Shown: positions 35,801 through 47,800 of the stretch, in pieces | Layout: each line of letters begins with the position of its first letter | How positions within the stretch are numbered: the first letter of the stretch is position 1 | NCBI RefSeq assembly: GCF_035084215.1 | Contig: NC_090353.1 | Location: 17,732,001 to 17,796,000 of the forward strand | Origin: Heptranchias perlo | Taxonomy: Eukaryota | DNA: 64,000 nt | Reading direction: 5' to 3' | The notes under the pieces: generated by a model | Told to the model about the DNA's origin: nothing | The model's database searches: none | What the model saw: only the letters and a program-made list of their open reading frames with translations | Translations under genes and position numbers: made by a program

Positions 35801-38800
35801 CCCTCCTCTCTGCCCCCCCCCCCCCCCTCTCTGTCCCGTCCCCCCCCCCCCCCCCCCTCTCTGTCCCGTCCCCCCCCCCCCCCCCCTCTCTGTCCCGTCC
35901 CCCCCCCCCCCCCTCTCTGTCCCGTCCCCCCCCCCCTCCCTCTCTGTCCCCCCCCCCTCTCTGTCCCGTCCCCCCCCCCCCCCCTCTCTGTCCCGTCCCC
36001 CCCCCCCCCTCTCTCGTCCCGTCCCCCCCCCCCCCCCTCCCTCTCTGTCCCGTCCCCCCCCCCCCTCCCTCTCTGTCCCGTCCCCCCCCCCCCCCTCCCT
36101 CTCTGTCCCGTCCCCCCCCCCCCCTCCCTCTCTGTCCCCCCCCCCCCCCCCCTCCCCTCTCTGTCCCGTCCCCCCCCCCCCCTCCCTCTCTGTCCCGTCC
36201 CCCCCCCCCCCTCCCTCTCTGTCCCGTCCCCCCCCCCCCANNNNNNNNNNNNNNNNNNNNNNNNNNNNNNNNNNNNNNNNNNNNNNNNNNNNNNNNNNNN
36301 NNNNNNNNNNNNNNNNNNNNNNNNNNNNNNNNNNNNNNNNNNNNNNNNNNNNNNNNNNNNNNNNNNNNNNNNNNNNNNNNNNNNNNNNNNNNNNNNNNNN
36401 NNNNNNNNNNNNNNNNNNNNNNNNNNNNNNNNNNNNNNNNTCCCCTGCTACCCCCCCTTGCCAGTTTTAAATGCTACTTTGCTGTACAGTGAAAGGATAA
36501 CTGGATATGATGCCTGTTGATCTTTAGCTAAAAAAAACAGTCCCTAGTACCAGCTGTCAATTCCAACAGTGTCGCTTGTGATACAACAAATCCATTGCTT
36601 GGTTCCTGTAAATTTAGACCTCAGCATCCTTTTAAGCAAGGTAAATAATTAACAGTGATAATATGGTATAGAGCGAAATAAAGGAGGTAATTGCATACAG
36701 TTGGTTGTCTCGTTTGCTGTGCCGTTGTGTTTTAATTCAGCAGCTGATTTAGATGTGGGTTTGGGTCAAGCACTAGCAGATATTGAATGGTGTGTACTTT
36801 CTATATTTGAACCTGCTAGTCTGATGCAGTTTACCCTGAATCTGCAGGTGCTATCTGAGTATGGGATGGTCCATGTGCTGTCTGAGAAGGAGCATGGAAA
36901 TACAAAAGATTACTGTATCCAGTTCAACCCCTCCTGGGCCTATTTACCTCATGATCTCAGTAAAGCGGTAAGTGTGCATCTGGGAACATTTGAGGACTGC
37001 AATACAATAATACTCGAGTAAAAGTAATCATCACGTACCTCTGGAACTCATCCTGGCATCTTGTTCCTTTAAAAACCTCTTGAAGCGGGATCCTGGACCA
37101 GCTGTGCAGCCTCTAAGCCCCCAATGTTGCAGGAAAACCCCCTAATTTCACTGCTCTATTGCCCTACCTGGAGCAGTGCAGTCAGAAGGTATGTCTGCAA
37201 CATTGGAAGTGGGCACAGGTGAATCTGGATGATCTATAAGGTATAAACTCATGTTTCTGGTTTACGGGACATTTATAGCATTTCAAAAAATGCTCTTGAA
37301 GTCTAAAACCAAAGTCCAAGATTAAAGAGGAGTGTATTATCTGAATTGTCAGTAACACTGAATAACACACAGGGAGGGAGATACCTGTACATGTCTTGGT
37401 ATCTCTCCATTCTCTCTTCTTCCAGTGTTATACTTTAAACATGCTGGTCGGATGCCACCAGGCAGCATATTTGTTCCTTGGGTGTCTCTCCTCTTGTCAT
37501 CTTGTGCAGTTCCTCTCTGGTGACACTTCAGTCACAACTGCCAGATTCCCTGTTCACGATGTCACTGAAAGGAAAATTCTGTGGAAAAGGTCAGCACCTG
37601 GGCCACCTGCACCCAGTAATTTTAAACATGAAGTTGGAACGAAGGAGGAATGGATGACCCCAGCATGTGTCTAGCTATCTTCTGCTGTAATAGATGTGGT
37701 TATGTGGCTATTATGTAGATATTTTTCCCCTTTAAATGTGACCCAGATTTGTATCTTACAATGATCAGCTGTTTGATGAACGTTTCACTCCAGTTTCTAA
37801 AGTAGGTAAATGACTGTTTTAATTGCTTGTGGAAAAAGTCCACAATTTATACCGTGTCCATAAACTAGAGTGAAAGATTTAAAATGCTCTTATATTTCCA
37901 GAGTGTCATACTATATGGGACTTTCTGTCATTCAGCTGGAGAATAGATCATAGAAAATAGGAGCAAGAGTAGGTCATTTGGCCCTTCGGGCCTGCTCCGC
38001 CATTCAAAATGATCATGGCTGATCGTCTAACTCAGTACCCTGTTCCCGCTTTTTCCCCATATCCCTTGATCCCTTTAGTATTAGCATTATCATCAGATAA
38101 TCAAGATGTAAATGTATAGATATCCAATGAGTACTGAGCCATACAGACATGAAGGACCCTTAGCTGATCTTGGCCAGGGTAGCAGTTGGGCTGTTATGAT
38201 TGGCCTCAGCATTTGGGCCAGGCAGGTGAAAATGAGCCAGGGTTGCTGTTCCTGATTTCTATTCACTGACCCCTAGCAGAAGTGCACTTTGTTAGACATC
38301 GTGTAAGGACAGGATCGGGCTTGAATACAGCGATCTCCACAGTTTAAATTCTTTGTTGACAGTGCTTTTTAAAAAAAGGAAGAAAACAAAATTTTCCCAG
38401 AGATTGCCCAGAATTTGCCCAGAGATTGCCCTTTTCAGATTTTTGTCAACACAGGCTGTGGCTCTGTCGCAATTGGTATCATGTTTATGATTCACCTCGT
38501 GTTGTGCATGTTAGTATACCATGTGTTTTTAAAGAGGTACTATTTTACTGTAAATATTCATTTTAAAATGATGCAGTTCCAGTGGTACCTGAGAGATTTA
38601 TTCGGACGCAGTGTTCTTTTTTTTAGCCAAAAGTTTTTTTTTGATTTACTAACAATGATTCTGAAAACATCTCGTCCACTCTGTTTAACCTGCACCTAAT
38701 ATTCTGTTCTTTCTCTCTCAGTCTCTCTTGCAGCTCCAGGACCTGACATCCTCTGTCCTGTGTACACCTTCAGATGTGCCCCAACAAGGTTTTAGCAATA

Positions 38801-41800
38801 GAATCGCCATGGTGATGCGCGGGAACTGTACATTCTATGAGAAAGTGCGCCTTGCTCAGATCAATGGAGCCAAAGGGCTGCTCATCGTCAGCAGGGAGAG
38901 CCTGGTAAGAAAAGTTGGACAAAGAAATTGTTCTGTTTAGCTGATTGTGGCTGTATTAATGACTTGGCAACACTGTGCCCCCTGTTGACTGCAGTTATAT
39001 TAGTGACTGTAGCTGCCACTGAGTCTCTTGTTGGCTGTACGGTGTTATGTTAGTGACTGTAGCAAATGTCACTTATTAACAGTGAGGAAACCCTGGTTGT
39101 TTTCCTCCCTCTCTTTCTTGGAGGTGCTGAGCCCAATTGAAGTGACTCTGTTGCTGCTTCAGTTAACACAGCAATGTGTTAGGAATGCTGAGGCTGATGG
39201 CAGTGTCTATACTCCTGCTGCAGTTCAGCCAGCATTAGGGTTTCTGCTGTCACTAGAGTTAGTAAAGAATGCTACTTTTTAACTGGCTGTTTCAGGGTAA
39301 CCAGTTTCAGTGACATTTAAAACAGTACAAAATTACCACAGTATGAACATTTTTAAAAAGTGCAGTTTGGTTTTAAAACTAGGGCTGCAGATATTGCATG
39401 AATCCTGTGTCTGGAACACGATGTTATTTGCTGTTGTGTCTTCAATGTGAAATCCACAGTGCATTCTGGCAGTAATTTCCATGCCAGTTTTATCCCACGA
39501 TGGGATCCACGTCAGATTTACTATAAAGCTGTGAGCAGCTGGCCGCTTTTATGATCATCCTGCTCCATTAAATTGCTCCTCTGAAGGTGAATCGAGAAAT
39601 CAGGCTTTATGTTGTATTCTTCTAAGCAAAATTGGTAATATGTCAGAGATTGAATTAATTTATTTTGAAAGATATTGCAGTGGGACTACAAAAGGATTGG
39701 CATTAGTTTTCTCCCCTTTCTCTCTGACACTCCTCGACTGGTTCCTTGTGCTCCAGCAAATTGACTTCACGATACTTGTTCTCGCTTTCAAATCCTTCAT
39801 CGGCTTCGCCTAACCTTACCTTGCTTATCTCCTCAAGCTGTATCTCCCTACACATGCCCGGTGCTCATCTGACACTGGGCTATTCCTGGTTTCCTGCTTC
39901 CTCTGCTGTACCAACAGTATCAATAACCCGCAGTTTCAGTCATTACGCATCACCCCACTGGACTACCTCCCTAATTCCCTCCACCTTCTTCCCTAAAATT
40001 AAAAAGAAACACTTCCCTTCAACCGTGCTTTCAGCACCACCTTTCCCCAGAATGCTTGGCATCCACCATTTTTCCTCCTCGTCGTAAAATATTTTCAGAT
40101 TTCAGTGAATGTGAGGAAGGACAGAAGTGTTAGTTGTCTTTCTCTGCTTGTCCGAGGCAAATGCTGATCTTTAGTTTCTGTGCAGGCCCTGTGGTGCAGA
40201 ATCAGTGCACCGCATCTCTCTCTCTTCTCTCTTTTTTCTCTCTCTCTTTCCCACCCCCCCACCCATCCCTTCTACATCTGCCACGCCTCCATGGTAATGT
40301 TTGGACTCCAGTTCAATCAGCTGTGGGTTTCAAGGATAACATTTTGATTACTGTTTAATAATGGAACCCTGGACACTGTTTGGTATAAATTACACTTGTC
40401 TACTCTGCAGTTGTTTATTCACACAGGAATTAATGGGCCTCGAGTGGTTTATTTTCTCGGTAGGAGTTTTAAGTATTCGTATGCGGAATTTATACAACTT
40501 GAACTTTTATAATTTGCTACTTCTGTTTGCCATCAAATGAAACCCAAGCATTAGTAAATAAATGTTTTAATGATTATATAATATGTTGTGTCTGCGGAAG
40601 GCTGCAGCTAGTGAGTGGGATCGGCAGAAGGTAGAAAAATACACTTTTGAAAGAGAGTCTTGCGATTGGCACAAGCCATCCAGCAAACATGTCGACCCCA
40701 GCCACTAATCATGGTAATCCTTTGATGTGTAACTCACTTTTTTAGAGAACGTTGAGTGTTAAACTTAATCACTGAGGTGCACATCCAGACTTTGGAAACC
40801 ATGCCTTTCTGCAGGAGTTCCACAGGACTGAAGCAGGAGAGGGGCTGCCACGGGAAGGGGTTTCATTGGAGACCACCTAAATCATAGAATGGTTACAACA
40901 CAGAAGGAGGCCATTCGGCCCATCGAGCCCTCTTTGTAAGAGCAATCCAGTTAGTCCCGTTCCCCCGCTCTTTCGCTGTAGCTCTGCAAATTTTTTCCCT
41001 TCAAGTATTTATTCAATTCTTTTTTGAAAGCCACGATTGAATCTGCTTCCACCATCCTTTCAGGCAGCGCATTCCTGATCATAACTACTTGCTGTGTAAA
41101 AAAGTTTTTCCACGTCTCGCCTTTGGTACGAGGATTAGCAGCTGGGGTCGACATGCTCACTGGATGGCTTGTGCCAATTTTACTAAAAATCTTGTGGATG
41201 TACACACTTCCTGTCCAACTAAACTACTTCCTGTTGTCAAGCTTTTGTGTCAACATTTAACCTTGAAATTGCCTATGTAAATATTATAATGGGATTTCCC
41301 TACGTAAACAGTTCCTGTAACACAGCAGTTGTAGGCTGTGGACAACAGGTGGCACTGCAGAGCAATTTTCTGAAGCCGAACTTTGTCTGCCTTCTTGCTT
41401 TTCTGCTCTTCTAGGTAAGTACTTTATTTTTTCAAACTTTTAACTATATATAAACTTTACTTTTGCCCTCTCCTGTTTCCAATCATTGGCCCGCCTGCTT
41501 CCCTGTCTGTCCCCTGTGGTTCTGCACCGTTGCACCAGGACCTGCTATTTCCTATTTACCGGCCCAGTCTTCCCCTTTTCATTCAGGCTCCTCTATACCC
41601 TTAGGTGAGTTATTTTTGTCAGTTCCCTGGCATGCTTGGAGTGCTCCATCCTTCTTGCTGCACTGAAGCCGTCCCCTGCCTCACCTGCCCAACTCCTAGC
41701 TCCTCCGCGGTCTTTCCTGCTTTGTCTTCAACCCTGATTTGGCGGCCTGTTCCTGCTTGCTTCCCCCTGCGATTTTTCCCCAATCTACTGCTGTGATCCC

Positions 41801-44800
41801 TGACCCGACTCCCCTGTTCCTGCGTGACTCCAAGATAGCCTGTAGGTCCACTTTCCTCTTTTTTGGTCCCCAATCCATAAGCTGGTTACCAAGGTTTCTT
41901 AGTGTGTTCCCCAGTCCAACACCTATGCCACCAATTGTTTCTTCACTGCCTTGAGGTGCTCTCTGACCTGACTATTAGTAGCCTTCTTTCTGCCCTGTTT
42001 TTTAGAAAATGACCCTGTTCTGCTTTTTTTAATTGCCTCCGTTGTATTCCTTTTTTGATAGCCCAGTTGTACTTTGTTTTCTTTTACCCCAGTTGCGCTG
42101 CTTTGTTTTTATAGCCCCAGTCATGCTGCCTTTTTTTTTAATAGTCCCAGTTTTTTTTTTAGATAGCTCCGGTTCGTCTCCAAATAGCCCCATGAACAGT
42201 GCTGTTGGAGATTGATTCTATAGTAATGGAATAAATGCTCTGTCTGTTATCCCGCCAATTACCAGTTGCTTTGTAGTAAATCTGTAGGAAGTGTTGGCCT
42301 AGATTACAAGGCATGTACTGTTTGTGCAGATACTGCCTGAAGCTTTCTGTTGTCTCCTCTTACACTTCTCAAAACTGTTCAATGAACACATAATGAAACA
42401 GTGGGATTATAGACATGTCAATGTAAACTATCATGTTGGATTAACGTGCCATTTTTTTTCCTGCTCTGCAGGTGCCTCCAGGTGGAAATGGGAGTCAGTA
42501 TGAGGAGATTGATATCCCAGTTGCTCTCCTCAGTTACGATGACATGCTTGATATATCAAAGGTGAAGCTTCTCATGTGTCCCTGTTAGTGGGTGGGGTGT
42601 TTTAAAGTATTTACTGCTGATCAGAGTGGTTCAAACACTGCAGCTCTCACTCATAGACCAGCAGGAATGAGTGAAAGAGAAGAGGGGAGCAGTTCAAACC
42701 TGAGAAACCAAATCGCAAAGCAACATAAAACAGACCGAAATTAACTGGCGGACACAGTACACCCACTGCCCAAGTTGCTTTGATGTACGAGATTCTTTGG
42801 CTATTTTTCCTTATTTATTTTTTTCTACTCGAATCTTCTCCACTAAAGGTGCTAATTCACGCCATCTTTGACTCCACGATGATGACTGCCCTCTGCTTCC
42901 TCCACCCACTCGGCAGTTTGTTCACTCCTGAGGTAGTCACTGTCCAGTCTGATCCTTGCCTCACCCAGCAGTCACACACTTTCCAGCAAGAGTCCCTGGA
43001 CAGCAATTGGGAGCTGGAATCTTGGTTCAGTCAAGAATGGGAATGTGTCTAGAGGTGTGCCGTCATCTCACGGTGCAGTGGGTTAAAGTGCGAGTACTCC
43101 GTGCTGCGTTTCGGTCAGTTTTTGCGGTAATGTTTTACATCGTGCATTTGTTTGCACAGCACCAGCAAATGGTTTTTGGTCCTTGTGGAGCGCTGGAATG
43201 TGCAGTACGAACTGTGGGAATTCGATAGGCCGTACATTTCAACTTTCCCATGCTATCTGAGAGAATCCCGCTCAGCTATGCTATCTTCTGCCTCCTGGGG
43301 TTACAGATAAATCTGCCAACTAGACATTCTGGTCTGGAGCAGGACTGTCGAGTGGTTTGTTTGCAGTACCGACAGCTGGCATTGGTGGTCATGATCCTCC
43401 TGGATGGATGGCAAGACCTTTGGAGTATCCTGTTGAATTCTGGAGATTAACGGAATTATTCTGGTCTAAATTACTAGATTTGTTCATGTCTTTTCTGAGG
43501 GATCTGTAGATTCATGTAATTACTGAGCTTTAAGTCAGAAGAGGCTGAGTTTAATTAAAGGAGCCAAAGCATTGACTAACTTAAGGGTGTACTTAGCATT
43601 TAGATAGAGTCTTAACATGTCATTGGAATGTCCCAAAGTACTTCACGTGTTATGTAGGCCAGGGCATTCCAAACTGTCTTATCCCACCCCCAGTCCTGGC
43701 AATCCAGCCCAGGCACCTCAATCCAATTTTCCGCTTGTAATTTTGGCTTACTGGTTTTAACCTGTTTGAATGTTGTGGGCCTGGCGTTTAGGTAAGGACT
43801 GCATTTATCACTGTTGTATTATTGGTGGATTAATCCTAAATCAGAACAGCAAGATCTGTTTGTATCAACAACTTCAGTTATATGCAAATTAATGGAAACA
43901 GGGAGTTAAACTTTATTTGGGATGGCCGATGCTCCGTGGTCCATACCTATGTGGCCCCCAAAGACACAAAGTTTGGACAATGCTGATGCTGACCGCGATT
44001 ATAGGGGTTAGACAGCGTGCAAGCAGGAGAGTATTGGGAGTTTAATGTTTAAATTAGAAATTTCACAGTTTTCACCACTTCAGTTAACCTGTTCTGTGAC
44101 TTGAAGTTCTGCCACAGCCAGTGGTGTCTGATGTGTAACCTTCCAACTGGTAAAACTTTATGTACAAACCTTTTTTTAAAAAAATGTTTTCTTTCCACAA
44201 CAGACTTTTGGGAAATCGATCAAAGTAGCGATGTATGCTCCAAATGAACCATTCCTGGACTACAATATGGTGGTTATCTTTGTCATGGCGGTCGGGACAG
44301 TAGCTATCGGTGGCTACTGGGCGGGAAGCAAAGATGTGAAAAAGTAGGTCATCCCTGCCATTTATTTGCTGCATGGAAATGAGCAAGTAGTGTGTGGTGG
44401 AGGCACGTCATTCGTAGCTGTGGGAACTCCTTCAGTCACCTGGCTTGAACCTGCCAGAGGAGTGTTCGCAGTGAACTTTAATAAAACTTTTGGAACATTA
44501 TTTGCACAAGTGCAATTCTGTTTTCCCTTGGCTATCCAATGCTGAAATTCACTTGTGATTGATTTTCTGAGGTTGGACCGTTGGTGCCGTGGCATGTGAT
44601 AGGTTTATTTACTTTACCATTGGCAGCATGTGCCATATTCCCACCATCAAACTCCATCCAACATAGGAACAGGAGTAGACCATTTAGCCCCACGAGCCTG
44701 ATCCGCCATTCAATAAGATCATGGCTGATCTGTGACCTAACTCCATTTACCCGCCTTAGCCCCATATCCCTTAATACCTTTGGTTAATAAAAAATCTTTA

Positions 44801-47800
44801 TCAATCTCAGATTTAAAATTAACAATTAAGCTAGCATCAACTGTTTGCAGAAGAGAGTTCCAAACTTCTATCACCCTATGCGTATAGAAGTGTTTCCTAA
44901 CTTCACTCCTGAAAGTTCTGGCTCCAATTTTTAGGCCATGTCCCCTAGTCCTAGACTCCCCAACCATATAGAGGAAGCAAACCCTGCTCCTCTGAATGAA
45001 TTCAGGACCCGAATTTCCATGGGTCTCTGAGATGCCACAGGAGGGAGGGCAAAACTCCATTCCAATTGGCTGTCCAACAGGACCAATAGGAACTGAGAGT
45101 ACATTGCAAGCAAAATTGGGAAGTGTGAAGTTTTAAGTCACAGGCCTGCTCTTGAGCACCATTCTCCCAGCGACTGAACTGCAACATAAGAACAGAAATC
45201 GCTTGATTTTATTTGGTGAATTTTATGGTCATTGAGGTAAGGAATGTTAGTTCTGGAGTATAGAATACTTTTCTTTTATGGCACCCAGGATGAGCATCAA
45301 ACACTCCCAGATCAGGTACAGCACTGAATAGATATAGAGTAAAAGTTCTTTTTACACTGTCCCAATAACACACCTCAGCCCCAACAACAGAAGAGCATCC
45401 CCTACTCTACCAGCGTGATACTTTCCTATTTCACCCACTGGCCATCCTGTGACCTCCTGAGTGCTGAACAAGTCTCAGTTTTCTGATGTGGACTTCATGT
45501 ATGGGCCTTGCAGTGAGAGGAGACTTTCATCCCATCAGTCTGTGTTGGATTTAAACCCAGGTACCAGAGGTGAAAGGTACTAACCTCACTGAGTTTAATC
45601 TCACTGCACCACCTCAGTCCTCTTGTATAGCCTGGATTATTGCCACACTCAGTCACCAAATGATAGAGATGGGATGGGAAAGCAGTAAATAACAGTAGTA
45701 AGCCACTTGTGAGTTTTATTTCTAATTTTACAAGACTTTCCTAGTTCATCATTCCTTAGCCTTCACTTGCTTTCAATCAGTTGTAAAAACTTTTGGAAGC
45801 GCTCAGCCTCTCATTATCAAGTTTGTACCTTTTAATGCTGCATCTAGACAGTGATGTGAAAGTTTCAATTCTAGTGTGAAATGTGATGGCCATTTTAATA
45901 TTTTTCTGTTCCTGTTTAAGGCGTTACATGAAGCACAAGCACGATGGAGCAGACAAACAGGATGATGAAACTGTTGATGTGACACCAATTATGATCTGTA
46001 TTTTTGTGGTTATGTGCTGCTCAATGCTGGTACTCCTTTACTACTTCTACAGTCAGCTAGGTATGTCACTGTTTACTGGATTTCCAAATGTCTGGGAGTG
46101 GGCTAGATGGCTGTAATTTAGAGGTCCCCATTGTGAATTCCCCAGGAGGGATTACAGACTGTAACTAACTTACTGCCAGAAATTTGTTACACTGTGTGCA
46201 CAATAAAATGTGCTCTTGCTGTGGGTTGAAGGTTGAGATGTTGTGACGTAGTATACATACATTCCTGTGGTCGGACTTGTACAGAGCGTAGAGGGAATAA
46301 ATGCTGTTTGGCCCAGTGAGTGTAACTGAGTCATACAGTTTAGCAGATCTAATTAAACAGCAGATTAGGTGACTGCTTTGCCAAATACCTCTGTTTTGTA
46401 TGCAAGAAGTTGCCAGGTTCCATCCATTTATTAACACAGAAAAAATCAGTGTCTCCTGAGTCCGCTGATCTCAACCAGGTGGCAGGAATACTCAAATTAG
46501 CAATAGCTCCTCTGGAGTAAGGAGGGAAGAAAATCAGCCAAGGTTCTGACTCTTGAACCAGTGACTCCTGCTGGAAAGTACATGTGTGCGGACATCAGGC
46601 AAGGGCAGGATTGGGCGCAGGTGTGATGTCCTCGACAGTTAGCCCGCCAATGCTCACTGTCTAGACTCTCAAGTGCAGAATTGGTGAGGTACCTGAGAGT
46701 ATTTGGTGTCTGGAACTGTGGGAGTCTGTGCCTTTTAGGAGGAGGAAAGGGAAGAAAATTGGCAAAAACAAGTTATATGGCAAATTTTCGGGTTGAAATT
46801 TGATGACATTTGTTCAAAGTGTGACATTTATTGAAGGGGAGAGATTTGAAAACTACTGTGACACTTGTGAATATTCAAAAGCCACATCAATTAAGCATCT
46901 TCTCACATTCTGTTTCTTCCCTATTTCTAAACCAGTGTACATAATCATAGGAATTTTCTGCCTTGCCTCTTCCATCGGACTTTACAGCTGCCTGTCCCCA
47001 TTTGTGCGGAGAATTCCTTTCTGTGAATGCAGGTATGATGAAATTTAAAATGTCCTTTTGGAAATTGGTATAAAAACTGAGTTTAAAACAACCCTGAATT
47101 TAGAATTCTCCCCTGGTGTTACCCTGATTTCTCTCCGTTCTTCTACTCAGGATTCCAGACCTATCAAGCAGTCACAAGCGTCCCCAAGTACGGATGTTGT
47201 TTCTGGGCATGTTCTGTGTCTCTGTTAGTGGTGTGTGGGCAGTATTCAGAAATGAAGACAAGTAAGTAACAGTACTTTATTGTTCACCGTGTAATTTACG
47301 TGTACTTCCTCTCTTCTAGTATACTGTATCCACTGCTCACAGTGTGGTCTCTACACTGGGGAGACCAAATGTAGGTTAGGTGTCTACTTTGCCAAACACC
47401 TGTGTTCTGTTTGCAATTGTGATCCCAAGCTACGCTTACCATTTGGACTCCCCATCCTCTTCGGACTTCTGCACTGTTCCAGTAAAGCTTATCTCAAGCT
47501 CAAGGAACAGCACCTTATCTTTCTCTTGGACACTCTGCAATCCGCTGACCTTAACGTTGACTTTAATAACTTCAGACCTTAACTATAGCCACCGTTTTCT
47601 TCATGGCAGAGGATTCTGGTGATTCACAATGGGTGTGCCGGGGGAGTCAAATTGGTGCTTTGATCAGAGACCCTCTGTCGGAACACTGTGCTGGCTGGAG
47701 GAACCTGTGCCCTGGGTGTTGGTTTGCTATTTTTTTGGACTGCTAGATCCTGTCATGTTTTGCTAGCTTTTCCCGTGTCCTTTTCACACCTGACTTTTCA

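Noticed and set aside
29825-36520. 2231-aa and 2182-aa proline-rich ORFs and their Gly-rich antisense ORFs
   Set aside because: Stop-free translation of a poly-C repeat with N gaps inside SPPL2B intron 1; open in several frames; not extensin or formin genes
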